NCBI GenBank assembly: GCA_964461915.1
Contig: CAYWVD010000001.1
Span: 501,911-565,910, forward strand
Length of the DNA: 64,000 bases
From: an uncultured Candidatus Saccharibacteria bacterium
GTDB taxonomy: Bacteria > Patescibacteriota > Dojkabacteria > B142 > OLB20
Direction: 5' to 3'
Shown here: positions 45,773 to 56,583 of the stretch, piece by piece
How positions within the stretch are numbered: the stretch's first letter is position 1
Layout of the letters: every line of letters begins with the position of its first letter
The notes under the pieces: model-generated
The model's database searches: none
Told to the model about the DNA's origin: nothing
The model's input: only the letters and a program-made list of their open reading frames with translations
Program-made: the position numbers and the translations under genes

Positions 45773-47710
45773 ATGAGTAGTTCTTCATATGATGCAAGTT
45801 CAATAACAATTCTCGAAGGCTTAGAGGCAGTGAGAAAAAGGCCGGCAATGTATATCGGAGACACTGATGTCACTGGTCTTCACCATATGATTTATGAAAT
45901 CGCAGACAACTCAATTGACGAAGGATTGGCCGGGTTTGCAAAACAAATTACCGTGACTTTAAATGAAGATGGCTCAGTAAGCGTTGAAGATGATGGGAGG
46001 GGTATTCCAACTGGAATTCATCCCGTAAAAAAAATAAGCGCACTTGAAATTGCAGCAACTATTTTACATGCTGGAGGTAAATTTGGAGATGGAGCATATA
46101 AAGTTTCATCAGGTCTTCATGGAGTAGGATTGTCAGTCGTAAATGCTTTAAGCGAATGGATGACGGCTGAGGTATTTCAAAATGGAAAACATCATATACA
46201 AAAATATGTGCGTGGTATTCCACAGGGTCCAGTAGAGGCTATTGGAGACAGTGATAAACATGGTACAAAAATCACTTTTAAAGTAGATCCAACGATTTTT
46301 GCTCATACCACCTATAATCTAAAAACTTTATTAACCAGATTTAGACAACAAGCCTATCTTACAGCCGGACTAAGATTTAGATTGATTGATAATCGCTCAA
46401 AAGATGACAGGGTAAATGATATTGACTTACCTACAAACTACATGTTCTGTTTTCAAGGTGGAGTTAAATCATATATTAAATTACTAAATAATTCATACAA
46501 AATAGTTCACCGTAATATTTTTTATACTAAATCAAGTTTAGAAGACGTTGATGTAGAAGCAGCAATTCAGTATACGGATGATCTTCAAGAAAGAGTTATG
46601 GCTTTTGCTAATAATGTTTTCAATCCAGAAGGCGGTACCCATGTTGCTGGTTTTAGGATTGCTTTAACCAAATCCTTAAATGACTATATTGCTCGAACAG
46701 GTAACGAAAAAGAAAAAGAAATTAAAATTTCGGGTGATGATTCAAAAGAAGGTTTAACAGCTATAGTATCTGTAAAAGTTCATGATCCTCAATTTGAAGG
46801 CCAAACAAAGATTAAATTAAATAATCCCGAAGTCACACAAATAGTAAGGAAAGTTATTGCTGAGGCATTAGATAAATACTTAGAAGAAAATCCAAAAGAT
46901 GCCAAAAACATAATTTCAAAAGTAATCCTCACTCAAAAAGCTAGAAAAGCTGCCAAAGCAGCTCGAGAAGCCGTCGTAAGGAAGGGGGCATTTGAAGGTG
47001 GTGGATTACCAGGTAAGCTTGCCGATTGTTCATCAAAAAAAGCAGAAGAATGCGAACTTTTCATAGTAGAAGGGGATTCTGCAGGCGGTTCAGCAAAGCA
47101 GGCAAGAGATCGAAACACTCAGGCTATTTTCCCATTACGAGGTAAACCATTAAACAGCGAAGAGTATAGAATTGATAAAGTAATGTCAAACCAGGAAATT
47201 AAAAATCTTGTAATCGCCTTAGGGACTGGGGTAGGGGAGACCACCGATATGAATAAGCTTAGATATCATAAAATAATCCTTATGACTGATGCAGATGTTG
47301 ATGGAGAACACATTGTAACCTTATCATTAACTCTTTTTTATCGACATTTAAGACATATTCTTGATAATGGCTATCTATATGTAGCACAACCTCCATTATT
47401 TAAAATTGAAGTTTCAAAAGATGAGTTTTACTGGGTGAAAAATGAAGAGGAAAGAGATAAAATGATCGCAAAATTAGCATTGGAAAACAAAGCACCAAAA
47501 CACATTCAAAGGTTTAAAGGTTTAGGAGAAATGAATCCAGAACAATTATGGGAAACAACCATGAATCCAAAAACTCGAGTCCTAAAAAGGATTAGGGTAG
47601 AGGATATCGAAGAAGCAGATGCAACTTTCGATTTATTGATGGGTAACGAAGTAGCACCGAGGAAAAAATTTATACAAACCCACTCAAAAGAAGCTAATCT
47701 TGATATTTAA
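45773..47710 (+). CDS. gyrB: DNA gyrase subunit B
   Basis: It has ILEGLEAVRKRPAMYIGDT, a GHKL ATPase domain, a Toprim domain (EGDSAGG) and the GyrB C-terminal tail. Confidence 0.95.
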   Translation: MSSSSYDASSITILEGLEAVRKRPAMYIGDTDVTGLHHMIYEIADNSIDEGLAGFAKQITVTLNEDGSVSVEDDGRGIPTGIHPVKKISALEIAATILHAGGKFGDGAYKVSSGLHGVGLSVVNALSEWMTAEVFQNGKHHIQKYVRGIPQGPVEAIGDSDKHGTKITFKVDPTIFAHTTYNLKTLLTRFRQQAYLTAGLRFRLIDNRSKDDRVNDIDLPTNYMFCFQGGVKSYIKLLNNSYKIVHRNIFYTKSSLEDVDVEAAIQYTDDLQERVMAFANNVFNPEGGTHVAGFRIALTKSLNDYIARTGNEKEKEIKISGDDSKEGLTAIVSVKVHDPQFEGQTKIKLNNPEVTQIVRKVIAEALDKYLEENPKDAKNIISKVILTQKARKAAKAAREAVVRKGAFEGGGLPGKLADCSSKKAEECELFIVEGDSAGGSAKQARDRNTQAIFPLRGKPLNSEEYRIDKVMSNQEIKNLVIALGTGVGETTDMNKLRYHKIILMTDADVDGEHIVTLSLTLFYRHLRHILDNGYLYVAQPPLFKIEVSKDEFYWVKNEEERDKMIAKLALENKAPKHIQRFKGLGEMNPEQLWETTMNPKTRVLKRIRVEDIEEADATFDLLMGNEVAPRKKFIQTHSKEANLDI

Positions 47711-47720
47711 ATAAATAAAA

Positions 47721-50363
47721 ATGGCAACCGATAACAACACACAATTATCTTCAACACAAACAATAAAACCGACTCAACCCGTCGGACCTTCCAATGTCCT
47801 TGAAAAAAACATCGTAGAAGAAATGCGAAATTCGTATATCAATTATGCAATGAGCGTAATTGTAGCAAGGGCATTACCCGAAGTTCGAGATGGATTAAAA
47901 CCGGTGCAAAGAAGGATTCTTTATGCTATGTATAAACAAGGGTTTCTTCCTGATAAGGCATATAAAAAATCAGCCCGTACAGTTGGAGAAGTGATCGGTA
48001 AATATCATCCACATGGAGACTCATCAGTTTATGGAGCAATGGTTAGAATGGCACAACCATTTAGTTATAGATACATTCTTGTAGATGGGCAAGGTAATTT
48101 TGGTTCTATCGATGGGGATTCACCTGCGGCAATGAGGTATACCGAAGCTAAGCTTCATAAAAACGCGTTAGACATTATTAACGACATTGATAAAAATACC
48201 GTTAACTTTGAAAGAACTTACGACGGAAGTTACCTTGAACCATCGGTAATGCCCGCAGCAGTACCTAATTTATTGTTAAATGGAGCAGAAGGTATCGCAG
48301 TTGGTATGGCCACCAAAATACCACCAAACAATTTAACTGAAGTAGTTAAAGCACTTATAGCAACAATTAATCAAGAGAGTCCGAATAGAGAAAAGAAAAT
48401 TGATTATAGTTACTTAGAAAAAATCAGAACAATGTCCGATTTAAAAGATCTATCATCGGATAGACTCCCTGAATTTTATTCGGACATTTCTTTTGATGAT
48501 ATCTTCAAAGAATTGCCTGGACCAGACTTTCCAACGGGCGCCGAAATCTATGATATTAAAGAGATACAACTCGCTTATAGTACAGGTCGTGGAAGGATTT
48601 TAATGCGTGCCATTGCTAATATCGTCGAAACAAAAAACGGTAGATATCAAATTATAATTTCCGAATTACCTTACCAGGTTAATAAGGCCGAATTAGTTAC
48701 AAGGATTGCTGATTTGGTAAAGGAAAAAAAGATTGAAGGTATTTCTGATTTAAGAGATGAATCTAATAAATTAGGTATTCGTATTGTAGTTGATATTAAA
48801 AGAGATGGTAAGCCAAAAACCATTTTAAATCAGCTATATAAATATACCGAAATGCAAAAAGCATTTAATTTGAATCTTCTTGCATTAGTTAAAGGTGAGC
48901 CAAAATTATTAAATATAAAAAGAGTCTTAGAATTATTTGTTGAACATAGACAAGAAATTACAATTAGGAGGGCAGAGTTCGAATTAGCAAAATCTCGAGA
49001 AAGAGAGCACATTTTAGAGGGTTTAATGATTGCTTTAGATAATCTTGATGAGGTCATTGCTACAATTAGAAGCTCAAAAGACGCAGAAACGGCTAAAACC
49101 CGCTTAATGGAAAGGTTCAAACTTTCCGAAATCCAAGCCCAAGCAATATTAGATATGCAGCTTAGAAAATTAGCAGCTTTAGAAAGACAAAAAATTGAAG
49201 AAGAGTACAAACAAATAAAGGAGACAATTAAAAATCTTCTTACATTTCTAAGTACTCCAAAAATGATTCTGGATTCAATTTCAGAAGAATTAACACAAAT
49301 AATTGAAAAGCGTTCAGACAAAAGACTAACCAAGATTCATAAGGGTAAAGTAGGGGAATTCAGCGAAGAGGATCTTATCGCAAAAGAAGATGTTATCGTA
49401 ACCGTGAGCGAACAAGGTTACATTAAAAGGATGAAAGAAGATGTTTATCAACTTCAAAAAAGAGGGGGAATTGGTAAAAAGGGAATGTCAACAAATGAAG
49501 ATGACAGCGTAGCTCATATTTTCAGCTGTAATACACACGATGACATATTGTTCTTTACAAATAAGGGTAGAGTATTCATTCAAAAAGTTTATGACATTCC
49601 AGAATTTGGAAGACAAGCTAAGGGTCAAGCAGTCATTAACTTGATAAATATTGAACAGGGTGAGCTTGTTACGAGTATTTTAACTCAAAATACTTCTGGC
49701 AAAGTCATCGACGAAGATGTTAATCAGGAAAATCAGATGACTTTTGAAGCCAAGAAAAATTATAAATTCTTATTTATGGCAACCAAGAAGGGAACCATCA
49801 AAAAGACTTTAATCTCTGAATTTGCCAATATTAGAGCCAATGGCATTATAGCCATCAAACTAGCATCTGATGATGATTTAATTTGGGTACGCCCAACTGA
49901 TGGTAATGATGACATCATTTTAATAACTCGAAATGCTCAAAGTATCAGATTTACTGAGAAAGACATTAGAGAAACTGGTCGGGCAAGTATGGGGGTGAGA
50001 GGCATTAGATTAAAAGACGAATTAGATGAAATCATAGCAATGGATGTGGTTCGTGAAAATGAAAATTTAGTATTAACAATTTCAAAAAATGGATTTGGTA
50101 AGGTAACAAAACTTCAAGACTATCCAATACAAAAAAGAGGCGGTAGGGGAGTATTTGCAGCTAGGATAAACGAAAAGACCGGGAATTTATCCGCAGCAAG
50201 AATCTTAGATCACCCAGATGCCGAGTTATTGATAATCAGCCAAAATGGTCAAGCAGTAAGGATTCCAACAAAAGACCTTCCCATGCGAAATAGACAAACT
50301 GCCGGCGTAAAATTAATGCGATTGAGAGAAAACGATTTAGTAAGCGCCATAGCGGTTATCTAA
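47721..50363 (+). CDS. gyrA: DNA gyrase subunit A
   Basis: It has [27 protein letters not shown] around the active-site Tyr region, and a C-terminal beta-pinwheel with a GyrA-box-like QRGGRG motif. Confidence 0.95.
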   Translation: MATDNNTQLSSTQTIKPTQPVGPSNVLEKNIVEEMRNSYINYAMSVIVARALPEVRDGLKPVQRRILYAMYKQGFLPDKAYKKSARTVGEVIGKYHPHGDSSVYGAMVRMAQPFSYRYILVDGQGNFGSIDGDSPAAMRYTEAKLHKNALDIINDIDKNTVNFERTYDGSYLEPSVMPAAVPNLLLNGAEGIAVGMATKIPPNNLTEVVKALIATINQESPNREKKIDYSYLEKIRTMSDLKDLSSDRLPEFYSDISFDDIFKELPGPDFPTGAEIYDIKEIQLAYSTGRGRILMRAIANIVETKNGRYQIIISELPYQVNKAELVTRIADLVKEKKIEGISDLRDESNKLGIRIVVDIKRDGKPKTILNQLYKYTEMQKAFNLNLLALVKGEPKLLNIKRVLELFVEHRQEITIRRAEFELAKSREREHILEGLMIALDNLDEVIATIRSSKDAETAKTRLMERFKLSEIQAQAILDMQLRKLAALERQKIEEEYKQIKETIKNLLTFLSTPKMILDSISEELTQIIEKRSDKRLTKIHKGKVGEFSEEDLIAKEDVIVTVSEQGYIKRMKEDVYQLQKRGGIGKKGMSTNEDDSVAHIFSCNTHDDILFFTNKGRVFIQKVYDIPEFGRQAKGQAVINLINIEQGELVTSILTQNTSGKVIDEDVNQENQMTFEAKKNYKFLFMATKKGTIKKTLISEFANIRANGIIAIKLASDDDLIWVRPTDGNDDIILITRNAQSIRFTEKDIRETGRASMGVRGIRLKDELDEIIAMDVVRENENLVLTISKNGFGKVTKLQDYPIQKRGGRGVFAARINEKTGNLSAARILDHPDAELLIISQNGQAVRIPTKDLPMRNRQTAGVKLMRLRENDLVSAIAVI

Positions 50364-50505
50364 AGGAATTATTGATAATTAACATAATCTAATGTAATAT
50401 AAAGTCCTAACATTTCGTTAGAGTTAATTGATAAATGAACAGCCTCACTTTTAAACAACTTATTATTATTAAAGGTCCTTAGAGAACGAGAGATTACTTT
50501 TTCTA

Positions 50506-50534
50506 CCTCTCGCTCCGAGAGGTTTTTTATTTTT
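50506..50534 (+). terminator. Rho-independent terminator downstream of gyrA
   Basis: The stem cctctcg / cgagagg closes a ctc loop and is followed by ttttttattttt. Confidence 0.7.
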
Positions 50535-50552
50535 GATTTTATTTAAAATTTA

Positions 50553-50954
50553 ATGAACAACAAAGAATTAAAGTTAAAATTACAGAATTTAAGAGAACAA
50601 TTAGAAAAAATTATTGAAAAAATTCAAACCGAAAGGCAAGAATCCAAAGATGACGAGACAAATGTTATCGATGAATTATTGATGAACAAAGGTTTATTAG
50701 AAAAAGAGATCGAAAATATCGAAGAAGCCCTATATGAACCTAAAAAACTTTCTCAAAAAAAGTATGTATTAAAGCAGAATAATGTAATTCGAAAAATTAG
50801 CTTAGTCGACGAAACTTTAGCTGATTCATCTGCCGGATTAATTTCTTCACAAAGCCCCCTAGGAAAGGCCCTACAAAAAGTTAGGGTAGGGGATAAATTC
50901 AAAGTTTTTACCCCAATAGGAGAAACTGAATATCTTTTACTCGAAACAGAGTAA
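50553..50954 (+). CDS. greA: GreA/GreB-family transcription elongation factor, short
   Basis: It has an N-terminal coiled coil with an acidic tip. The C-terminal FKBP-like domain reads ISSQSPLGKALQKVRVGDKFKVFTPIGETEYLLLE. Confidence 0.6.
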   Translation: MNNKELKLKLQNLREQLEKIIEKIQTERQESKDDETNVIDELLMNKGLLEKEIENIEEALYEPKKLSQKKYVLKQNNVIRKISLVDETLADSSAGLISSQSPLGKALQKVRVGDKFKVFTPIGETEYLLLETE

Positions 50955-51285
50955 ATACTTCCCTATTTTTTTACTAATTTTCACCTTACCAGAGGTCTTA
51001 GGATACTTTTTCAAAAGAATCCCTTTATCTTGGTGAAATTAAAAAAAATTTCAAAAAGAATTTCTAAGAAACTGATCTTTTTTAAAAACTTGCTCTTAAA
51101 TATTTTTAGTAAAAAATTTCCTACTTAGCCCTTACAAAAAAACACTTAAAAATAGATTTTTGACTGTGGGGGCTAAAATTTGATTATCTTAGACGACCAT
51201 TTTACGGTCTTTGAAAAATAAATCAAAAATAAACGCATTACAGCTCGATATCTTCTTAGGGCCCGCCCAGCTGGGGTTTAGGGGC

Positions 51286-52374
51286 TTAGGCAGTAATGTT
51301 TTTAAGAGGATGGAACTTTCTATGTGCTTCGGCCGCAACTTTCTCACTTGTATGTAGATAGTTTGTAGTTGTTCCTAAAGATTCATGACCCAATAAGTTC
51401 TGAATTGCAACAACATCAGCACCATTTTCAGACATAAAGGTCGCAAACCCATGTCTAAGACTATGTGCAGATGTCTTTACATTAATACCAAGCCTTTTTC
51501 GATATTGGATTATTCTAAGCTGGAAGTAATTAGCAGATACCCTTATAAGTTTAGGATCATCAAGCTTTTTGCGAGTTCCCTTAACTGGAATAAATAAAGC
51601 TGGGAGCTTATCATCACGGGCATTTATGTAGTCACATATATAATGCTGACACCTTGGTGTTAAATATACAAATCTTTGTTTTTTCCCTTTACCAGTAATG
51701 AAAACCCTCTCATTAATAACAAAAGACTTTGTCATTTCATCTTTATATCCGAGTTTATCTATATCAAGGCTACAGGCTTCAGAAATACGCATCCCGGTTG
51801 AAAATAACAGCTCCAAGAAGGCTCTGTTTCGCTTTTTTACAATTTCGATTTTCTCAAACTCATATGGACTTTCGATAAGCCTTATTAAATCGTCATAATC
51901 AGCTAGTAAGGATAGCTTCTTTTCTTTTTTAACAAACTCTATTTTCTCAGGTGGTATTGGGAATTCATAATCATTCATTAATAGATATTTTAGATATCTT
52001 CTCAAACTGGATAGCATGCGATTAATTGATCGGCTTGATAATCCCTCAACAGAATTTGAACTTGTTAATCTCTTTTTAGTATGAGTTTTGGGCTCCACTC
52101 CAGTATTGACACTACTGTAGGGGTTTTCATCGACTATATCAGTCTTTTTATCCTTATTTTCATCTGTATTGGCAAATAACGAAAGGTGAGAAGGCCCTCT
52201 CAGCATAGCTTTAAACTCATCAACATTGGCTCGAGTAACTTTGTTGAACGAAATAGAGTGGAGTGATAAAAATTTTTCAAAGGCCGAAAGATCACGATTA
52301 TAGTTAAAGAGGGTCTTAAGGCTATAATTGTTACTTTTTAAATAATTAATAAATTGTGATTGATAAGGCAACAT
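51286..52374 (-). CDS. Tyrosine site-specific recombinase, XerC/XerD-like, with a ~60-aa insertion
   Basis: It has an N-terminal SAM-like core-binding domain. The catalytic R...HxxR...H...Y residues fall in MRISEACS, HSLRHGFAT, LLGHESL and TTNYLH. Confidence 0.8.
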   Translation of the reverse strand: MLPYQSQFINYLKSNNYSLKTLFNYNRDLSAFEKFLSLHSISFNKVTRANVDEFKAMLRGPSHLSLFANTDENKDKKTDIVDENPYSSVNTGVEPKTHTKKRLTSSNSVEGLSSRSINRMLSSLRRYLKYLLMNDYEFPIPPEKIEFVKKEKKLSLLADYDDLIRLIESPYEFEKIEIVKKRNRAFLELLFSTGMRISEACSLDIDKLGYKDEMTKSFVINERVFITGKGKKQRFVYLTPRCQHYICDYINARDDKLPALFIPVKGTRKKLDDPKLIRVSANYFQLRIIQYRKRLGINVKTSAHSLRHGFATFMSENGADVVAIQNLLGHESLGTTTNYLHTSEKVAAEAHRKFHPLKNITA

Positions 52375-52800
52375 ATAAATATAATAACAAAATTAGAATA
52401 ATCGTTGTACTCTTTTACACCCCACCGTCTTGTTCAATATAATGTTGATTATACTCAATATAAATTCAGTATAAATATACCTCTTTCGTAGGTAGAAGAC
52501 AAGCATCCTTAAATGAGCCCTAGTCATATAGATATTCATGCATTCACTATCAATTCTATGTTTATTAACTGTATAAATTTAATGGATTTTATTTGTGAAG
52601 CCCCTACTTAATCGTATCATTTGCGTAAACCGCATTTTAAATGAATGTTATTTTTGTTTATTCACTAAACCCAGGATCGCCCAATCCCCTACCCCATCTA
52701 CCTTTCAAAGATTTTATATTTCTTTATCAATCCTTAAACAAAATTATTTTATTATTGAATAACCTTTTTTCTTTGAAATTAAAAAAAGAAGTTTTAAGCA

Positions 52801-53637
52801 CTAACTGATGAGGGGCCCATTAATCCCCCACTCCGATAGCAATACCAATAAAAAAACTATTAGTGTAAAAATCACTCCATATTCAACCCAAATCCACTTC
52901 CCAATTATTTCCCTCATCTCAAGAGAAATATTCATGCATACATAGAAAGTTAATGTTAAAGCTAATGCTAAATAAGGAGCCCCTACTGGCCACATACTTA
53001 TTCCACCGGCCAATAAAAGCATTAAAAGGGCGACAGTTAAAGAAATTGTAACCTTATTCATCCTCCGAAGCTCAATACTCCAAAGTGAAATATAACTAAA
53101 CAAAACAGTTGTTAAATATACTATGCCCAATCTATAAAAGATATTAATGTCATTTGTAAATATCAAATAGAATGTTAGGAATGCATCAATTAAAGAGATG
53201 ATAAAGACTGCGGCCTTAGCAGCCTGAGCAAGCGGGATATTCTGAAGATAGCTGGTATTTAGGATATTTACAGCTAAAAGATTAATATAAGTAAAAGCCC
53301 CTAGGACCAGAAATGATATTATCAATAAAGGGACCTGAGATATATTAGAAATGAATGTAACCAATATCAATTGCATCAATATCGATAAAACCAGTATCCC
53401 TATACTGGGGAATAGCATTATTGTTATTAATCTCTCGCCTCTGACTTTAAAGAAAAGGGCCCAGAAAGTACCCAAATATAAAATTACTCCTAGTATCAAT
53501 CCTTTTAAGAGATCTTCTACGAATTGGATTTGAGGGTCAGGTGAAGTCCCTTCCCAAAACAAAGACATTAAAACATAAGCCGTAGCCACTAACAGCGACA
53601 CTATTACTACTCTTGCTCTTGTATTAATTTTCTTCAT
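52801..53637 (-). CDS. Hypothetical polytopic membrane protein, about 8 transmembrane segments
   Basis: It is hydrophobic throughout and overlaps the ruvB start by 14 nt at the end of the ruv operon. Confidence 0.45.
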   Translation of the reverse strand: MKKINTRARVVIVSLLVATAYVLMSLFWEGTSPDPQIQFVEDLLKGLILGVILYLGTFWALFFKVRGERLITIMLFPSIGILVLSILMQLILVTFISNISQVPLLIISFLVLGAFTYINLLAVNILNTSYLQNIPLAQAAKAAVFIISLIDAFLTFYLIFTNDINIFYRLGIVYLTTVLFSYISLWSIELRRMNKVTISLTVALLMLLLAGGISMWPVGAPYLALALTLTFYVCMNISLEMREIIGKWIWVEYGVIFTLIVFLLVLLSEWGINGPLIS

Positions 53638-54631
53638 TTTCTTGTAAATATTTTAATGTTTTTTCGGTAACAACTCTACCCTTCGGAGTTCTTATTAAAA
53701 AACCTTCCTTTATTAAGAATGGTTCGTAAACATCGCTAATAGTATCTAAATCCTCGGCCAGGGTCGAAGCCAGAGTATTAAGACCAACTGGCCCCCCCTT
53801 AAATGAATGCACTATAGTTTTTAAGATTTTTCTATCGAGATTGTCTAGTCCATGCTTATCTACCTCAATCATTTTTAAACCTTCTTCACAGAGATCCATA
53901 TCAATTTCTGATTTCCCATTTACACTAGCTAGATCACGAACCCTTTTTAATATTCTTATAGCAATTCTTGGCGTCCTTCTTGATCTTTTGGCGATTTCGT
54001 AAGCAGTATTCGCGTTAATTTTAATTTCAAGAGCTTTTGATTTTTGTAGAATCAAATCCCTCAACTCTTCATAATCATAATAATCTAGGTGCATTAAGAC
54101 TCCAAATCTATCCCTTAATGGAGCCGATATCAACCCAACTCTTGTAGTCGCACCTATTACAGTAAAAGGATTAAGATCAAGTTTTAATGTACGAGCCGAA
54201 GGGCCCTTCCCAATAACAATATCGATCTTTTGATCTTCCATTGCTGAATATAACATTTCTTCAATACTTTTATTTAAACGATGTATTTCATCAATAAAAA
54301 AAACTCCTTTGGGAGAAATATTGCTTAATATTGAAACAAGGTCCCCTTTTCTTTCTAATGCTGGGCCTGATGTAGCATAAATCTCCACACCTAGTTCGTT
54401 AGCAACAACCTGAGCTAAAGAAGTTTTACCTAAACCTGGAGGCCCATGAAAAAGAATATGATCAATTGCCTCATCTCGTTGCTTTGCAGCCTTTATCATA
54501 ACCCTTAAGCTCCTCTTCTCCTTTTCTCTTCCAATAATTTGGCTTAAAGTCTTGGGTCGCAATTTGTTTTCGTATTGAATGATCTCTTTATCAATTTCGA
54601 CTTCAGATGGATCTAGAATTGAATTTATCAT
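53624..54631 (-). CDS. ruvB: Holliday junction branch migration ATPase RuvB
   Basis: It carries LFHGPPGLGKTSLA and the AAA+ RuvB motifs. Confidence 0.95.
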   Translation of the reverse strand: MINSILDPSEVEIDKEIIQYENKLRPKTLSQIIGREKEKRSLRVMIKAAKQRDEAIDHILFHGPPGLGKTSLAQVVANELGVEIYATSGPALERKGDLVSILSNISPKGVFFIDEIHRLNKSIEEMLYSAMEDQKIDIVIGKGPSARTLKLDLNPFTVIGATTRVGLISAPLRDRFGVLMHLDYYDYEELRDLILQKSKALEIKINANTAYEIAKRSRRTPRIAIRILKRVRDLASVNGKSEIDMDLCEEGLKMIEVDKHGLDNLDRKILKTIVHSFKGGPVGLNTLASTLAEDLDTISDVYEPFLIKEGFLIRTPKGRVVTEKTLKYLQENEEN

Positions 54632-55206
54632 TTGCGTAATAGATTAAGTGAAATTCTTAACAAGCCTTCAGGTGTATTATCTTTTACTGAAGGTAATTTT
54701 TCAAAAATTTTATCAATTTCGACATTAGAATAACCCAAGCCCACAAGCGCTCCCCTAACCTCTTTAATTTTTTCCTCATCCTCTTTTGAAGTTAATTTTA
54801 CCTGATTTTCATTTTTAGAATCAATTTTATTCATTAGCTCAATAACTATTTTCTGAGCGGTCTTTAGTCCAATTCCATTACCTTTTATATCTTGTGGTTT
54901 TCCCGCATTTATTGCGGTTATAATCTTGTCGTGACCTAATCCATTCAATAAATTTATAGCTGTTCTAGGGCCAACGCCAGAAACAGAAAGAAGTAATTCA
55001 AATAATATAAAATCATCTTTTTTTATGAAACCGAATATCCTTGTGTCGTTTTCAAGATATTGAACATATGTATATATAAAAACTTCTTGAGCTTCTGTGA
55101 AAAACTGGCCGTTCAATCCTTCTACTTTATAGCCAATATTACCCACTTCAACAATTATAAATTTGGGGAATACTTCTATTACTTTGCCTCTTAGACTAGC
55201 AATCAT
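54628..55206 (-). CDS. ruvA: Holliday junction DNA helicase RuvA
   Basis: It has an OB-fold N-terminus and the HhH motifs GVGPRTA. Confidence 0.9.
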   Translation of the reverse strand: MIASLRGKVIEVFPKFIIVEVGNIGYKVEGLNGQFFTEAQEVFIYTYVQYLENDTRIFGFIKKDDFILFELLLSVSGVGPRTAINLLNGLGHDKIITAINAGKPQDIKGNGIGLKTAQKIVIELMNKIDSKNENQVKLTSKEDEEKIKEVRGALVGLGYSNVEIDKIFEKLPSVKDNTPEGLLRISLNLLRK

Positions 55207-55207
55207 T

Positions 55208-55702
55208 TTATTTTATATGAGAATTAATATGGCAAAAAGCAATCGCAAGAGCATCTGCAACATCATCTACTTTAGGCATTTCTTTAAGATGCAAAACTTT
55301 TGTTATCATTTTTTGCACCTGAGATTTTTCCGCTCTACCGTATCCAGTTATCGCCATTTTTACTTCCAATGGAGTATAACCAAATACATCTAAATTACTA
55401 TTTTCTCCTGAAAGAGATATTACCCCCCTTGCTTCACTCACAGACATTACGGTTTTAGCATTCTTGAAAAAGAAAAGTTCTTCAATCGCCATCTCAGTCG
55501 GCTCATATTTTTGTATAAGTGTAATCATTGCATCGTAGATCTGCTTTAATCTAATACTCATTTTTGTATTTGAAGTTGTTCGAATATCCCCATAATCTAT
55601 GACGCTGATTTTCCCCCTTGTAATCTCATCAAGTACAGCCCATCCCACAAGTGCAGTTCCGCAATCAATCCCAATTACTCTTCTGAGTTTTTTTTCAGAC
55701 AT
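55208..55702 (-). CDS. ruvC: Holliday junction resolvase RuvC
   Basis: It begins IGIDCGTALVGWAVL and has an RNase H-like fold. Confidence 0.9.
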   Translation of the reverse strand: MSEKKLRRVIGIDCGTALVGWAVLDEITRGKISVIDYGDIRTTSNTKMSIRLKQIYDAMITLIQKYEPTEMAIEELFFFKNAKTVMSVSEARGVISLSGENSNLDVFGYTPLEVKMAITGYGRAEKSQVQKMITKVLHLKEMPKVDDVADALAIAFCHINSHIK

Positions 55703-56496
55703 TATTTTTCTTTAATATTTGTCCAAACAGCATCAACATCATCATGATCTTCTAAGTTTGTGACAAGTTTTTCTAGTTTTTCTGAAGTAGAATCATCAAC
55801 TGCTATATGATCATTCGCCTTTCTGATCAATTCAAAAGAAACAATCCTAAATTCAAGTTTTTCAATTTCTTTCAATGCCTTTGCAAAATCATTTTTGCTT
55901 GTTGTGACTAATAATACAGAGAATTTTCCCTCTTCTTCATCTTCATACTCATCCTCTTCAATATCTTCAATACCCTCAATATCTAACAAAGCCATCTCAA
56001 CATCTTCTTTTGATAATGGTGTGTAAGTGTCTTTTCCTCCAAACTTCTCAGATTTCTTAAGCTTTTCAGGCCTAATTACAATTAAACCTTTTTCTGAAAA
56101 TTGCCAGTTTATACTACCTGGTGAAGCGAGTTTTGCTCCGCTCATTTCTAATATTTTCTTTACTTCAGAAACAGTTCTATTTGTATTATCTGTTTGGCAA
56201 TCTATTAAAACAGCCACACCAGCTACAATAGCTTCATAACTAATTTTTTGAAAAACAGATTTATCATCACCACCTACGCCTTTTTTAATGGACCTTTCAA
56301 TATTATCAGAAGGCATATTAACAGCTTTGGCTTTATCTACTGCAATTCTTAAAGCAAAATTTGTATCCATATCTCCACCGCCTTCTTTGGCAGCCAAAGT
56401 GATATTTCTACCCAGCTTGGTAAAAATCGCACCTTTTTTTACATCATTTGCACCCTTTTGGCGTTTGATCTTTGCCCATTTTGAATGTCCAGACAT
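55702..56496 (-). CDS. yebC: YebC/PmpR-family transcriptional regulator
   Basis: It begins MSGHSKWAKIKRQKGANDVKKGAIFTKLGR. Confidence 0.9.
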   Translation of the reverse strand: MSGHSKWAKIKRQKGANDVKKGAIFTKLGRNITLAAKEGGGDMDTNFALRIAVDKAKAVNMPSDNIERSIKKGVGGDDKSVFQKISYEAIVAGVAVLIDCQTDNTNRTVSEVKKILEMSGAKLASPGSINWQFSEKGLIVIRPEKLKKSEKFGGKDTYTPLSKEDVEMALLDIEGIEDIEEDEYEDEEEGKFSVLLVTTSKNDFAKALKEIEKLEFRIVSFELIRKANDHIAVDDSTSEKLEKLVTNLEDHDDVDAVWTNIKEK

Positions 56497-56583
56497 AATT
56501 TATATAATAAAAGTTATTTGCTCCTTCATTCTACTTTATATAAGCCATTATTGGCAAACATGCACTCCATATTTCTTTATAAA

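Noticed and set aside
48830-49333. 167-aa minus-strand ORF inside gyrA.
   Set aside because: It is antisense to the highly conserved GyrA. Its composition is Ser/Leu/Phe-rich, as expected from the reverse complement of AT-rich coding DNA.
14735-52374. Idea that tRNA-Ser and the xer-like recombinase bound one ~36 kb integrated element.
   Set aside because: The interval contains essential core genes (tyrS, recG, rnc, rpsP, gyrAB) and the full pilus machinery. An att site at the tRNA and a recombinase 36 kb away are better explained independently.
55163-55393. Plus-strand 76-aa ORF across the ruvA/ruvC junction.
   Set aside because: It is antisense to two conserved, tightly coupled genes and has no motif.
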